Shown here: positions 1 through 12,744 of the stretch, in pieces
Numbering within the stretch: position 1 is the stretch's first letter
Layout of the letters: every line of letters starts with the position of its first letter
From: Marsupella aquatica
Taxonomy: Eukaryota > Plantae > Marchantiophyta
Assembly: GCA_973895155.1 (NCBI GenBank)
Contig: OZ316891.1
Location: forward strand, 16,185,137 to 16,249,136
Reading direction: 5' to 3'
Length of the DNA: 64,000 nt
Position numbers and translations under genes: made by a program
Notes under the pieces: model-generated
What the model was told of the DNA's origin: nothing
The model's database searches: none
The model's input: the letters and a program-made list of their open reading frames with translations, nothing else

Positions 1-466
1 ACCAAGGAAACCAGTAGAGCAGCAGAATAGGAGGCAGGGAGAAGCCAAAGAGGAGGAGGTCAATCCCAACAATGCCATTCCAACAAATGATGGCACCTGG
101 AAAGGCTGGGCGGTGACCCTACCAGAGGAAGTGCAATTACATTTTGCACGGGAGGAGGATGCATGCTTTACGGCCATGCAGACCAAGAAGTACCAGGGCT
201 TCATGGCCGGATCCGGCTTGGAAGCCTTCGTAAGATTACCATGGTTGAAGCCGGACTCAGACTTATTAGAATTTGCGGGATCATGGGAACCCGAGACCAA
301 TTCCACGAGGGTGTATGGGAAGGATTTCTATCTCACTCCCCGGGTGATTTCCGAGGTGTTTGGCTTGCCGATGGGTAATAAGACCAAGGTTGATACCAGG
401 AAGACCTTACCTGACAAGGAGTTCCCGTCGTTCCCAGGACCATCAACGAAGAATGGATTCTTCCGG

Positions 467-2900
467 TGTCGTCGAGATGGAAAATAGAGGAGGGGAAGTG
501 AAGGCCTTATTTTTGAGTTGGAGGTATTTGATGAAGGAATGCAATTTGGGTGAGATTTTTGTTGTGGTAGGAAAACAGTAATAAGACAAAAGAAAAATAG
601 AGAAACCAGTTTTGCCAAGGCTTAAAAGGGCTTTAATGACAGAATTGTGAGAAGATGACACATGGAGGCCTATGTGCGCTCGGGCATAAAGGGCAGTTTG
701 AGTTGACGCGCGGATGGGGAATGGAAGTGAATAAGGAGGAAGAAACGGCCGAAAGAAGGTGTGGGGTAGTTATCAAGCTTTTTTGGGGAAAAGGGAAAGG
801 GGAGCGAAGAAAAGAAAACGGCCGATCTGGCATAGCTGTGGTGATGGGCGGGGAGTGATGTGTGTGCGCCAAGGAGTTCAGAGAGAAAAAGGAGTGAGAT
901 TTAGCCGGAAGGACGTGGGTGTGGTATGGAAGGTCTTAAAGTTTTTTTTTCGAGTGGCGGAGGCGTGTGGTCGTTACTTGTCTGGTCGCAACTGCTATGG
1001 AAGTAACGGAGGTGATCGTTACAGTGGAGGGAGTGGTTGATGAGGTTCGGCGATAGAATGAAGGGACGTTCGTGGAAACATGGTGAAAGTTAAATTTTTG
1101 CAGGAAGGAAAGGAAGGCAATGAATGGAGGAATGGAGAAATGCTGATGCGCGTGATCGGATTTGAGAGCTTTCGAGTAAAGGGGACTTCAGGATCAAAGA
1201 GGACGGAAAACAAAAACGGAACGAGTGAACGAACGTAGGAGGATATGGAGAGATGAAGAATTGAGGCAGTGACGAGAAAAAGGCGAAGAGAGGTGGAGGT
1301 GCGCGATCTGAGTTCAGAGCTTTTTGAGTGAACAGAGAATTTTGGTTGAAGAGAGGGAATGGAAATGGCGATAGTAGATATTGAATTGAATAAGCAAACA
1401 AAGAAAAAAATGGAAGGTGAGTGATGATGCGAATTCAAGAATCCAGGGAAGAACGGAAATTGAAGTGTATGAATGAGCGCGATCAGTGGAGAGCTTGAGA
1501 AGAAAACTTTTGGGATACAAGAACGAGTTGCGATGGCAGAGATTTAGCCAGACAAACAATGAGCTGTGAAAAAGCTGAAGATTAGCTTGGGAGAAGACTG
1601 ATGTCATTCTGAAAGCTGTCGTAAAACAATTTTTTTCCATATGAAAAGAAAGTTGATAAGTGCCGAGTTAAGAAAGAGATAAGGACGACAGAGAAAAAGA
1701 GTTCACAAGTTGTTGATGTCGAGGAGAGCTCGTAAGGGAGAAAAGGGAAGACAGCAGAAGACTTGTGACAATAACAAGAAAAGTCAAAAGGAGGTTGATG
1801 CGCATTTGAAAGCACAAAGAAAATAAAAATAAAAATGCAGAGGTGAGGTGGGGCGAGAGAGAAGTTCAAACATGGAAAGGAACAGCGCTGGTGTAGATGA
1901 AGATTGAATAAGAGACAAGCGCCCGATCATTGAAACCGATGAAGAAGGGATTTCGAGAAGTGTTTAAGGCAGACAAGGAAAATGTAAAGGAATTGAAAGT
2001 TGTAAAGACGAATACGAAAAACTTTTTGTAAAGCTTCGACTGATGAGAACAGATCAGAGATAATGAGTTCATTGAGAATGTACCATGGGTCCGTTTGAGA
2101 AGTGAAAACATAAAGTTTGAACCTGAATGAAGCTACAGGATGCCCTTAAGAGGAGAAATGAGCCTTTCATGGAATTAATCAAGAAATTCCAACTCGAGTT
2201 ATGGATCACCCCGACCACCTTAGATTTGATGTTGTGTTGTGAATTCGGAATAAGGAAGTTGACTACATTCGACGAGTGGAACCCGGTAATTGGATCCATC
2301 TTTAGGTTAGGAATAGTCCATTGCCATGGGGTATGAGGATAGTGGCCGTAAGTTCTTTTTGCTATGGGACTGGAAACTTGAGGAGAGAAGGAAGAAGAGC
2401 CAAGAAGAAAAGTGTAAGAGGACCGATGACGTAAAGGAAGCACGGCGGAGACTAAAATTGTGTCCAACATGTTTGGGGGAAACCATCGATGAGCTTGAAG
2501 CCGAGACCTGACCTGATGATTGAGCTGAGTTTAGTGGAGAGACCTGAGTTAGGAGATGAGTCACCAAAAAACACTTTGTAAACTCAAACCAAATTTCATA
2601 TTTTGAAAATGATTGAAATAAAAAGATGAGTTTGGATTATTTTATGTGATCAAAAATGAAGAAATGCTCTTGTGGTAAAAGTGTTTAATTGTTATGGAAA
2701 TGTGAGTGATGCATCGAATTTAGATAAAAGTAGCAACTTAGTATCTTAAGTTAAAATAGCTTAGTGTAATTTCGTATTTAAAATGGAAACTAATTAGGAT
2801 TAAGAAAGATTAAACTAACTTAAGAAATATTATGATAAATCCAAGTCCCTAAAAGTATTAAAAGTCTACTTTTATACCGCTTTAAACTGGTCCCCGGACA
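467..2900. mobile_element. Solo-LTR-like insertion (TG...CA) with 4-bp TSD CCGG
   Basis: The host ORF reads ttccggaacacc in the intact copy; here it reads ttccgg[TGTCGTCG...TCCCCGGACA]ccggaacacc. TSD at 463-466 and 2901-2904. No recognisable pol inside. Confidence 0.75.
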
Positions 2901-5337
2901 CCGGAACACCTGCACCAACCCGCACATCGGAGAGATGATTGATTTCTTGCGGGTGACCATGCATTGTAACTTGTCAAGGGCAGAGATCGGCAAGGCTCAG
3001 GTCTACCTGGCAGAAAGGCCAGACCCAAGCCGGGATTACAACGGGTACCTCCTCAACCAACTGAAGAAAATCTTGAAGGAGGAACAGCAGGTGATCGGCG
3101 TGGGAAGCGTGTCCCGGCTTGGCTATCACATGCCGTTGTTGTGCCGGTATGCCAGAAGTCAAATTTTTGCCCCAGTACTTCCCCTATCGGCAAGGGCACC
3201 AGAGGAGGTTCCGGAGTAGAGGCCGGCAATAGAAGAGCCCAACCAGCCTGTCAATCCTACGATCGAGCAGGTGTTTTGGCCAAGGAAAGAAGACTTGCCG
3301 ATGCAGCAATCAGGCATGCAGAATCTGCTGAAAATGTTGGAGAAGGAGAGAACGGCACCAGCAACGGCAACGGCACTGGTACAGGACACTGCCCCAGAGG
3401 CCGGCCTAAGCCGACTCAGGAGGGAAAACCCCTTTACCGGAGCCAAGGAGAGAAGGAGGCCGGAACACACGCCGGGAGTGCGAATGTATGTGGGAGCCTC
3501 AAGCCCCGAATCGGAGGCAGAGCAGCCTAAGGCTCCTTCCCGCGGAGAGCAGAGGGAGAGGACAGCCTGGAACCCAAAGGAGGAACAAGGGCCCATGATC
3601 TGTGAGGCCGTTTTCACGGTAGGACCAGGGGAACAAAGGGGGAAGCCGGGAGTCCAAGCAGTGGAGGAGGCGGTGGAGGACTACAGCAATGATAACTCCG
3701 GCTATGGGTCGGATCATCATGTTCCAGGAGTAAGGACCTGTGGCCGATTTATCCCCATGCTTCCAAGAGTAGTTCGAGGGGACCCCACCCAGCAGAGTAG
3801 CCCCGAGTCTCCCCCACCAGAGGTTGCTCCCCCGAGCTTTGACAGCATAAAGCAGATGGCACAAGATTTCCAGGAGTGACTTAGGGAGGAAGAGAGGGCA
3901 GCCCTGGCTAGGGAGAAAGATTTACCAGGAGGAGATTGGCCGGAGGACATCAGGCGGCTTGCCGAAAAAAGAAGCAACCCTCTTGCCACCGTAGAAGAAA
4001 TTCGCAAGGCGGCTTGGGAACAGAGGCCAAGGTGGTTGATGCCGATGACTTCTACTTACTCCACCTATGCTAAAGATAGAGCCATGGAGTACGGGGAGAT
4101 GTGTGGGGACCTGGCGCTCAGCATCTTTGGGGAGGAGTTGGAGCAAGGACCTTTCTTCCAGAGGGAGAGGTTGGAGAAGCACCGATTAGAAGAAGCGATG
4201 GCTTTGGAGAGAAGCAAGAAAGACGAGGTCATCCGGCGGCTTAGGGAGAAGGAAGCCGAGGTGGAAGTCCTCCAGGCGGCCAAGAAAGCCCAAGATGCGC
4301 TACGGATTAAGCGGCATGAGCTAAACATCATGCAGGGGCAGTTGGATACAGCTCAGTCTGACAATCAGATTATCAAAGATAAACTGACTCGGACCCAAGG
4401 AGAGTTGGCCAGCGCAGTCAAGGAAAGAGAGAAATGGAAGCGGGAGCTAAGGGACGCAGAGGAGGCCCACTTAACCGCCAACAACCGGGCCATGGCGGAG
4501 ACTCAAAGAAGGGAGAGGGCGTTGAAAGGAGAGCTCAAAGATATCCGCGGAGCCCTTGAGCAGAAGGAAGCAGAGTTAGGGAAATCCTATCAAGGGATTA
4601 TTGCACTGCAGCAGGAGCTTGCGTCCCTGATGGCCAGCTTCAAGGCCGACCTGCGTGAAAAGGATGACCAGCTCAACCAAACTTATGCCAAGATGAATAA
4701 GATGGAGTCTGTGGTCTTAGCAGAGCTCGACAAGGAGCTAAGAGCAACCCAGGAGGAGAGGGCTACCTTAAAGAAAGAATTGGAGGAAGCCAAAAAGGAG
4801 TTGGAGGAGGCGCGCAAAGACCTGGACGAGACCCAAGAGGAGTTGGAGGAAATCACGAGGAAGATGGAGAACCTACAGCGGCGGGCCGACAACCAAACGG
4901 AGCGGCTGAAGAAACAAGCCGCAGTATTTAAATGCTTGGCTTCATCAGGTCCAACTCCAATTGGGGCAACCCAGTTACCAGGGGTAGTATTGGCCGAAGG
5001 ACAAGCCGAGACACTCACCCCGGTGCCGGAGGTAAGTGGCAAGGTGAAGGAACCGGCTGTCGAAATAGGGAAGAAGAAGAAGCGGAAACCTTCTAGGTCT
5101 GGGAGTTATACGGCTTCTCAAGCCGTTGTGACCGAGAAGATAAACCCGGCACCAACCTCCGGCATCGACACGGTGGTGGATCCACCAGTCCTAGGAAGTG
5201 GGGATGGCAAGGCCAAGGCCGGGACAACCAATAATGAAGCCGAGGTACCAGATCCTCCACTAGAACATGTTGGGGAGGCCGTGGCCGATGCTGAGGCCGA
5301 AGCTGAGGGTGGACCCAGTCAGGCCGATGAAGAGTTG

Positions 5338-8300
5338 TGTAGTTTGCTATAGAGAACCAAAAGAACTCTTTTACGTCTCTAAACTCGGTATTCGTTCCCG
5401 TTAAGAACAAGATTGGGTTGGTTTGATGTAATAAACTAAAAATAAAGCTTTAAGCTGTTGTGTCACACATAGTAATCAATCTTGACTACTTTAATTAGGT
5501 ACTTTGAAGATCGCTCCACAGCGGTGAGCAGTTTTTGATGATAACTCAACATCATATAACCATCAATTAATCAAAAGGTTGCAATTAACAAAACACAAGG
5601 AAAAATCTCTTAGAGTATGCTTAAGGGAGTTTGGAATATACCAAGGTTACTCCTTAGACATAAGCAATAATGGAATGACTTTAAGGGAATTCAAATCCAC
5701 ACGGCTTTTCAGATCTAAACTGCCTACTAGAGTATCCTTTTAAAATGCCGGCAACATGTCTTGACCTTTCTTCCTAAGTGATACTTAGTCAAGATCTAAA
5801 AGGATAAATACTTCAGCATTTAGATGGTACTAAGCAACATGAAGGTGAAAACATCATTTCCAATGCAACTTAAACTCGATGGGTTAACTCTAAGAACTTG
5901 TGAGATTACAATGTGTCACCAAAGCGGAATCTGACATTATAATTCACGAGATTCATAACTGAGGTTTTACTTCAAGTATTTGGGTTCCAAAATACAAGAA
6001 GGAGGTAAGTCCCTCCTAGGATTGCCTGCTCTGAACTTCAAAAAGTCCAAAATCACAAGGACAACACCAAGGGGCAACAAGTCATGTCTGACTTACTTAC
6101 TTCTGCTTATTAGTAGTGAAAGGTACTTATAGTGAAAAACATCGAGGAAAAACCCTTGGGGGTTGAAGAGTCATGACCCTTCAAAACCCTCAAAAAGTCA
6201 AAAATGAAAACTAAGTATGAAAAGGTCTAAAACTAACTAAGTTAAGTTTACCGTAGTATCGTAAGATCGTAAAGTCGTAGTCGCGGGAACTTAATGATAT
6301 AGAAAAACTCAGCAAACTAAAGTATTTCTAACTTTCTAACTACAATCCAAAGTGATTGAGACTTTGCCAATGTGTTTTCCTATGTATAAGCTGTCTACTG
6401 AAAAAGACTTGATGAGTTTTGGAATCTTAAAACATGTCTAATAAAATCGAGCGGGGTACAGTAACTGAAACTGCCTCTGACACTTAACAAAATTGCAGGT
6501 CTGCTTCAATCTTTTGGTTGTCGAATATCCTCTGGTTCTCTAATTTCTACTTTCCAAATAGTGCGCGTCCGAATAGCTTCCCTTACTTCATCACAGTGAG
6601 GTTGATCCCGGATGTAAGGTAGACATCTCATCTGTCTTCCCCAATACATAAGTGGCATCCTTTTCTCCAAAAAGCACTGGTTGATTCTGATTGCTTCCCG
6701 TAAGATGCCTATGACATCTAAACAATTGCACGAGTTGGCGTAGACAGATGGGTAGAATTGTAAGAACATCTCTGTACTCAGCATCTTGTTGTAGGAGGAT
6801 CGTAATTTCCACTGCACATCCCGGAAGTAGCGAGTGTAGTTTGTTAGCTGTTGCGTGCTGATGTTGTTCCATACTCGCTGCTTGTCTTCATAAGAAGTGG
6901 TTGAAGTAAGGATAACCTTGGGTCCAGTGGAAATATATGAGTGATCAGGGGTAGTAGACTTGTTGCTCTGTTTTAGAAAAATCAATAAGAAATCTAAAGC
7001 ATAAGCGGCTATATTTCCCAAATAGGCCAGGATTAAATCCGGGTCATCAACTTCAACATCACCTTGTAGAAACATAACGGCCAGTATAGGTCGGAAGTAG
7101 ACTGAATCTGTCCAGTACTCATCAAACTGAGCCAACTCCACGCGAGAGGTACCAATCATCCTGAGATCAAAAATGTAGCTAGCCTCTACTTTCTTCAAAT
7201 AATAAAACCTCCAGAACTCACTTACAGGTGGTGTATTGGCATGCATAACCTTACAAGTGGTGACATACTTCTGGACTTGTTGCTCTGGTGTTCTAGGCTC
7301 CATTTTATAGATGATAGCGTTTCTAGGAGTTTGGGTAGAAGAAGTGACAACTGCAACAAGGTTGGGGTTGGATCGCAAGGCTGCATTAACTCCTTCGAAT
7401 CCCTGATCTGGTGAGTCACAGACTGGAATATCATAGGGAGAGAAGTATTCTGGTGTGGATGGAGGATCAGAATCTTCAGAAAAGGGAAATCCTTGCTGAG
7501 AGAAGTGCTGTGTGGGGTGCAAAGATTTATGAGGTAGACTATCAGTAGGCTCATAATTTGAATCAGGACTATAGGGAAACTGAGAGGATGGCAGTGGGGA
7601 GCGTAAAGGTTCAGGTCTATCAAGAAATTCATCGACTATGGAGGTGACTTCTTCTGAACGGCAGCCTAACATAGTAGTTAACTCATGGACAATCTTAAGG
7701 CAAGAGTGATGTTCTACAGATGAGCAGGGAGGAGGCTCTTAATTTGTAGGTGAGGTCTCCTTCAAGTCCGTAGGGGATGGAACTGAGATTTGAGCCATAG
7801 TCTTAACAGCAAAAAGTTCCTCTGTGGAGAGCTGAATTTCTGCTGGAGGTAAAGATGATGGCGAATTCTCATGATCCGGAGATGAAAGTGCAGAAGGAGG
7901 AACCTGTGTCACTGCGTCATGGCGCAATTGCTCAATGGTCTCGTACAGTGAATGAAAGTCACAGTTGAGCAAAGCACACACCTTATTGATCAGGGTCTGA
8001 TTGGAGTCGTCCTGTGCAAGTCGAATAGGAAACTTCCCAATTCCTGTGGAAGGGGGTGGTGAGGGGATCCCTGGGTAGTCTATCATCTCAGCATCTGTAG
8101 TAAGTGCTTCTAGGTCCATGGGTACCTCATCTGAAGGACTTGAATTGTGAAGACTTGCCCGGCTGCCTAGAGAAGCTGGCGATATGACATTTGCCTCTTC
8201 TGCTGTAGTAGGCATAATTTCATCTTGTTCCCACAACTTGGAGATTTCTTCCATAAGATAATCTCTCTCCATCACCTCCTCAGGAAGTGAGCAATCAAAA

Positions 8301-9268
8301 GCGGAGTATAGCTGGGCTAGATAGTTTTGCAGTTGAGTTGATTGATTCGCCCTTAATGTCCGAAGTTGATCCCTCACAACATTGAAAAATACCAAAGCCC
8401 AATTGACCTTTACTCTACCACTGTGCGCAGCGATGATGGTATTGGCCAGAGAAATGGAGCAAACAGTTGGTTTCTTGGGATGAAAAATAGGAACCAAAAA
8501 TTCCAAAAGAATTCTTAGCTCCAAATGATTGCATTGACTCACATTCCAGCCATTTCTCTTATTCCGGGTACCTGAAAAGTATGGAGTTGATGTATCATCC
8601 TTGGGCGAAAGTAGCGCTTCTCCGTCAGCAGAACATCCAAAAGCATACGCGAAGTGATCTATGGTCCATTTGCTAGGCCGTCCTCGAATAGAAGTAGGCA
8701 AAGGTGAAGCGACAATTGATCCTCTAACAAAATCTTCCAGGTAGGTGTCCAACTCTGAAGTCCATGGTAGTCATAATAATTTCTCTAGTCCAAGCTCTCT
8801 CAAGGATTGGCGTAATGATTCATAGCTCTCTTCGGTCCTGGGGAGCCTGATGACGAGCGCTTTTGGAATTGCCACAGAATCAATGAGGTATTCCTCATCA
8901 CAATCGAATGTTGCCATAGCTCTCGGGTTCACAAATCTTGAGGTGGATGTTGATCAGATGAAGCGGAGCGATGCTTGTAAGCGTCGGAAATAGTCATGCA
9001 GAGAGTGATTCGCTCTGGTCGTAAGATTTCACGCGATGCGGCTTGTAGTGTACTTTCCGCCTGTTAGTCTTGCAACGGCGTAATCTTCTAGTACCGCGTA
9101 AGTTCGTAAATTGTAAGGTAATAAGATCATAAGATCGTAAGATCGTAAGATCGTATCTTACTAAAAGGCGTAAAAAAATGTAAGTTTAAGTGAACTTAAA
9201 CTTTAGCGACCAGAAAATTTAAAAATTTGCACTTAATCTTAGCTTTTCAAGTTTACTGTATATCCACA
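5338..9268 (-). repeat. 3' LTR of family B, 3.93 kb, containing a long ORF
   Basis: Its first ~84 bp and last ~40 bp match the two ends of the 139-bp 5' LTR at 10973-11111. The PPT (GAAGGGAGGG on minus) lies 3 nt from position 9268. Confidence 0.8.
6506..8917 (-). pseudogene. ~800-codon accessory ORF inside the family B LTR, with two premature stops
   Basis: One frame runs from ATG 8917 (MATFDCDEEY...LGLEKLL*LPW) through listed ORFs 7739-8752 and 6506-7672. It is broken only by TGA at 8771-8773 and TAA at 7739-7741. The N-terminal domain resembles the shared GLE.F..LPW domain. Confidence 0.7.
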
Positions 9269-9297
9269 TAGCCCTCCCTTCAGACGACGCCGTGTCC

Positions 9298-10430
9298 TCA
9301 CAAGCCATCAGGTGGTGGAAGATAATACTTCTTAACTCGGAAGCCATTAATGCGCGTGTCCAGAGGGTCTCCACTTAGGGTATGCAATGTCAGGGATCCG
9401 TTAGGCCATACTTTCTTTACTGTGTAAGGTCCAATCCAATGAGTATGTAGTTTTCCAAGAAAGAACATGTACCTTGAATCATATACTAAGACCAGATCTC
9501 CTTCCTGCAAGGTGGGTGTCTTTAGCTTCTTATCATATTGGAGCTTCCTTTTCTCTTGTTGGTGATGGGTTTGCTCTAAAGCCAGCAACCGGTGCTCTTC
9601 CAACATATCCAGGGTTTCCAAGCGGGCAGAAAAACTCTCAGGTTCTATAGTTCTTTGTGGGGAAACAATTCTCTCGGTGGGGATTTCAAATTCAATGGGA
9701 GTGACACTGTTAAAACCAAATGCCATATAAAAGGGAGTGTGAAGAGTGGTGATCTTCTCAGCTGTTCTGTAGGCCCACAGCGCAGATGGAAGTTTCAAGT
9801 CCCAATCCGTTTTGTGTGCCTCAACCATTTTGTTGAGTATCTTTCCCATTATTCCATTAGCGCGTTCAGTAAGTCCATTAGCTCTTGGGTTATAAGGAGT
9901 GGATTTGCGGTGTTTAATCAAATACTTACTAGTGATGAGTTCAATAGTATTGTTCAAAAAATGTAACCCTCTATCACTTACCAACTCCAGTGGGCAACCA
10001 TAACGAGTGATAATATTTTCAAATAGGAAGCTAGCTAGCAGCTGTGGCAGCGTCATTCCGTCGTGTATGCTTAGCCTCAACCCATTTTGTCATATAATCC
10101 ATGGCTAAGATAATGTATCTGCTGCGAATGTTCCTTGCTGCAGGGGATATGGGTCCAATGAAATCTATACCCCATTTTTCGAAGGGTGAGAGTGGTAAGA
10201 TGGGAGTGAGTGGCCATTTAGAAGTAGCTGTGGGTTTCCCCACTCGCTGGCATGGGTCACAGCTCTGAATATATCTGTAAGTGTCTCGGTGCATTGTGGG
10301 CCACCAATATCCCGCATCTTTGATCTTTTGAACTGTAGTGTTAACCGCATAGTGCCCTCCTGCAGTTTCGGTGTGTAGCGCAGCAATGGCTTGATTGGTT
10401 TCTCTTGCCTCCAAACACCGATGAAGTCTC
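9298..10430 (-). pseudogene. Gypsy integrase (frameshifted)
   Basis: HHCC zinc finger (H..GGHY...CDPC), WGIDFIGP, LVSDRG, NGLTERAN and W.GPY motifs, split over two frames. Confidence 0.9.
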
Positions 10431-10945
10431 TGGTTAGGAACTTTGAAAAATGAGAAGGCTATTTAAGAAAACATTTGTATCCCAGGAATTAACACTCACC
10501 AGCCCCCGGCTCCAATAATAACTTCCATTAGATTTCCTTAGGATCTTTGCCCTTCCTCTGTTGCAGGTGCTTCTTACCACATGTGTTTGCCTTTCTCTTA
10601 ATAAGATTTGGGCTCTCTCTTTTTTCTGAGGGCGGCTTTTTCTCACCATCTCCTGAAAGATTTAACTTTTAATTTCTGTTTTAAGCACCGTTTCGCCTTT
10701 CCTTTTTGGCTCTGGCTTCCTTTCTTTCTTCTCGATGAATGAGGGCTTTTTCTGGTTCCATCCTTTCTCTTATCATTCTTGGTGCATTTTCCACCGACAA
10801 GGGTATAACTTCTAGCCTTGGAAACACCCATTCTCCAGGGGAGGTCATGATTGCACTTGTCACTCCTTTGTCTCCAAAGATTTTTGTTGAAATTTAACCT
10901 TGATTTGGCATTCACTGCCTGGTTTTCAAACCAACCTTGATTTGT

Positions 10946-10963
10946 TCCCCGGCAGCGGCGCCA
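10946..10963 (-). promoter_or_regulatory. Primer-binding site of the Athila-type tRNA-Asp class
   Basis: Minus strand reads TGGCGCCGCTGCCGGGGA, 9 nt inside the 5' LTR boundary; matches the typical Athila PBS TGGCGCCGTTGCCGGGGA. Confidence 0.8.
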
Positions 10964-10972
10964 AAAATCTCA

Positions 10973-11111
10973 TGTAGTTTGCTATAGAGAACCAAAAGAA
11001 CTCTTTTACGTCTCTAAACTCGGTATTCGTTCCCGTTAAGAACAAGATTGGGTTGGAAGGGTTTAATCTTAGCACTTAATCTTAGCTTTTCAAGTTTACT
11101 GTATATCCACA
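10973..11111 (-). repeat. Internally deleted 5' LTR of family B (139 bp)
   Basis: The two LTR ends are joined by a 15-nt filler, AAGGGTTTAATCTTA. Confidence 0.8.
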
Positions 11112-11522
11112 AGTTGACTCGGTCCGGGGCAGGTAATCTGTCAGAGGACGGACCAACGACAGTGGCTGAGGAGGAAGCGTTGGGGGCGTCCATTGAGGAC
11201 CAGCCACCGGGGTCGTGACGGTGTAAGGGAGCCGTCCCTTTTAGGGAGGGCGGACGTGGAGGTAGGAGGCGTGAGTGGGCGGGTATGATAGCCATGACAG
11301 AAAACAGAAAACCTGTTACCAGGGGTTTATTTTCTGTTACCAGTAAGCTTGTCCCTGTTACCAGTTTTGCCTGAACCATAACGTGCATATCCACCACTCT
11401 AAGGTGCATATCCACCACTCTAATGGCATAATTTTTCGGGGGCAATAAAGTTTAAAACAAACAATTATTTTGTGCCATCCGATGGATGAAGTGTACTATC
11501 AATCCTCCATTGACACAACAAT

Positions 11523-11780
11523 TTATTGTAGAACCGAGTACGAGATCCCTGCGTAGAGATGCCAAAACCGTTCACCGTCATCAACATTGAACGTTGCAGC
11601 ATCCTCGATATCATCAATGGATTTGAGCTCTCGAACAATGGCCTCAATGTCATTCATCTTCAAATCAAATCTCCCGCAGAGATACCTCTCCCGGACCTGC
11701 TTGTACGTATCTTCCATGGGGACGGGGATAGTCACAATATCTTCAGAACCGAATCGAGAAAGAACGATAGACCGAGACAT
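11523..11780 (-). pseudogene. N-terminal remnant of the MULE transposase
   Basis: MSRSIVLSR...YKQVRERYLCGRF...VDDGERFWHLYAGI aligns with the start of the transposase at 52618; the rest is deleted. Confidence 0.8.
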
Positions 11781-12744
11781 GGTGAACAAAAACAAAAACC
11801 GAGGGCTATAGCGTTTGAAAGAAGAAAAGTTCATGGTATTGTTCAGCTTATATCTGTCGAACCTGGGAATTTGACGTTAACCGATCTGTTTGTATACGAC
11901 ATAAAACATAGACGATGGAGGATCCGTTGGCACCATAAATGATTTTTGTTGTTTTTTCCCCGAGAAGTCTGGATGTCAGACACGAACATATTGCTAAAAA
12001 GATCACCAACCTTACTTAAACAGACCATAAGATATGACAAGGTATTGTCAAATTTTAGTAGCGCCCGGCGCTAACTAAAATACGCCACTAAAAATGTGTC
12101 TGAAATCTCGACATTCCAAACTAGCGCCCGACACTAGTATAGAATAAATTCCCTGAAAATGAACATTATCACCACATACCAGGTGGTAATTGGGAATAAA
12201 TGGTGCCTTCAAAGGATGGTTTTGATTGATTATGGATGATAAATGAACATTTATACTAGCGCCGGGCGCTAGTATTACATTTGAGAAATATTTCTCCGTA
12301 AACGATGTACTGAAGGATACTTTAATAAAATATGGGGGTGGAAAGGCCAAAATTTATGTCATAGCTCCTTCAAAAAAGACCTCTAAATTTCTTCCAGTTT
12401 ATACTAGCGCCGAGCGCTATTATAAGCATACTCTAAATTGTTCACCTTGATGGTCATCATTAATGCTAGCGCCTGGCGCTAGTATTGATATGATGTTAGG
12501 AAATGTCTTTAACGGTAACATTCAACGGTAACTTATGACTTCCGTGCGTGTTACGCATCTTCTACCGTTTGATTTTGGTAATTAAACCTTCCGTATACAG
12601 ACGTTGGAAACCGCCAAACATCAAAGCTAATGGCTTTCCTCTAGGTTATATCATCCTCCCGCTAGAATATATTACACGTTCAGAGATGATTATAGTTCCA
12701 TAATTTCATTGTACGATAGTTCGTACGCTTCTAGAAGGAAGACG

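Larger units (their letters stand above)
5338..11111 (-). mobile_element. Athila/Tat-type Ty3/gypsy element (family B), internally deleted (no RT or RNase H)
   Basis: 5-bp TSD AGTTG (5333-5337 and 11112-11116); TG...CA ends; PBS at 10946-10963; PPT at about 9272-9281; integrase remnant. Confidence 0.9.
1..11218 (+). pseudogene. Disrupted copy of the family A LTR-encoded coiled-coil protein (pieces 1-466, 2905-5337, 11117-11218)
   Basis: Translations (LPEEVQLHFAREEDACF..., MIDFLRVTMHCNL..., EYGEMCGDLAL...) match the 1210-aa ORF at 24731-28363; broken by premature stops and two insertions. Confidence 0.85.

Noticed and set aside
12059-12481. Palindrome cluster as a CRISPR array or REP elements
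   Set aside because: Repeats are only 15 bp, irregularly spaced, partly intronic, with no cas genes; the context is eukaryotic.
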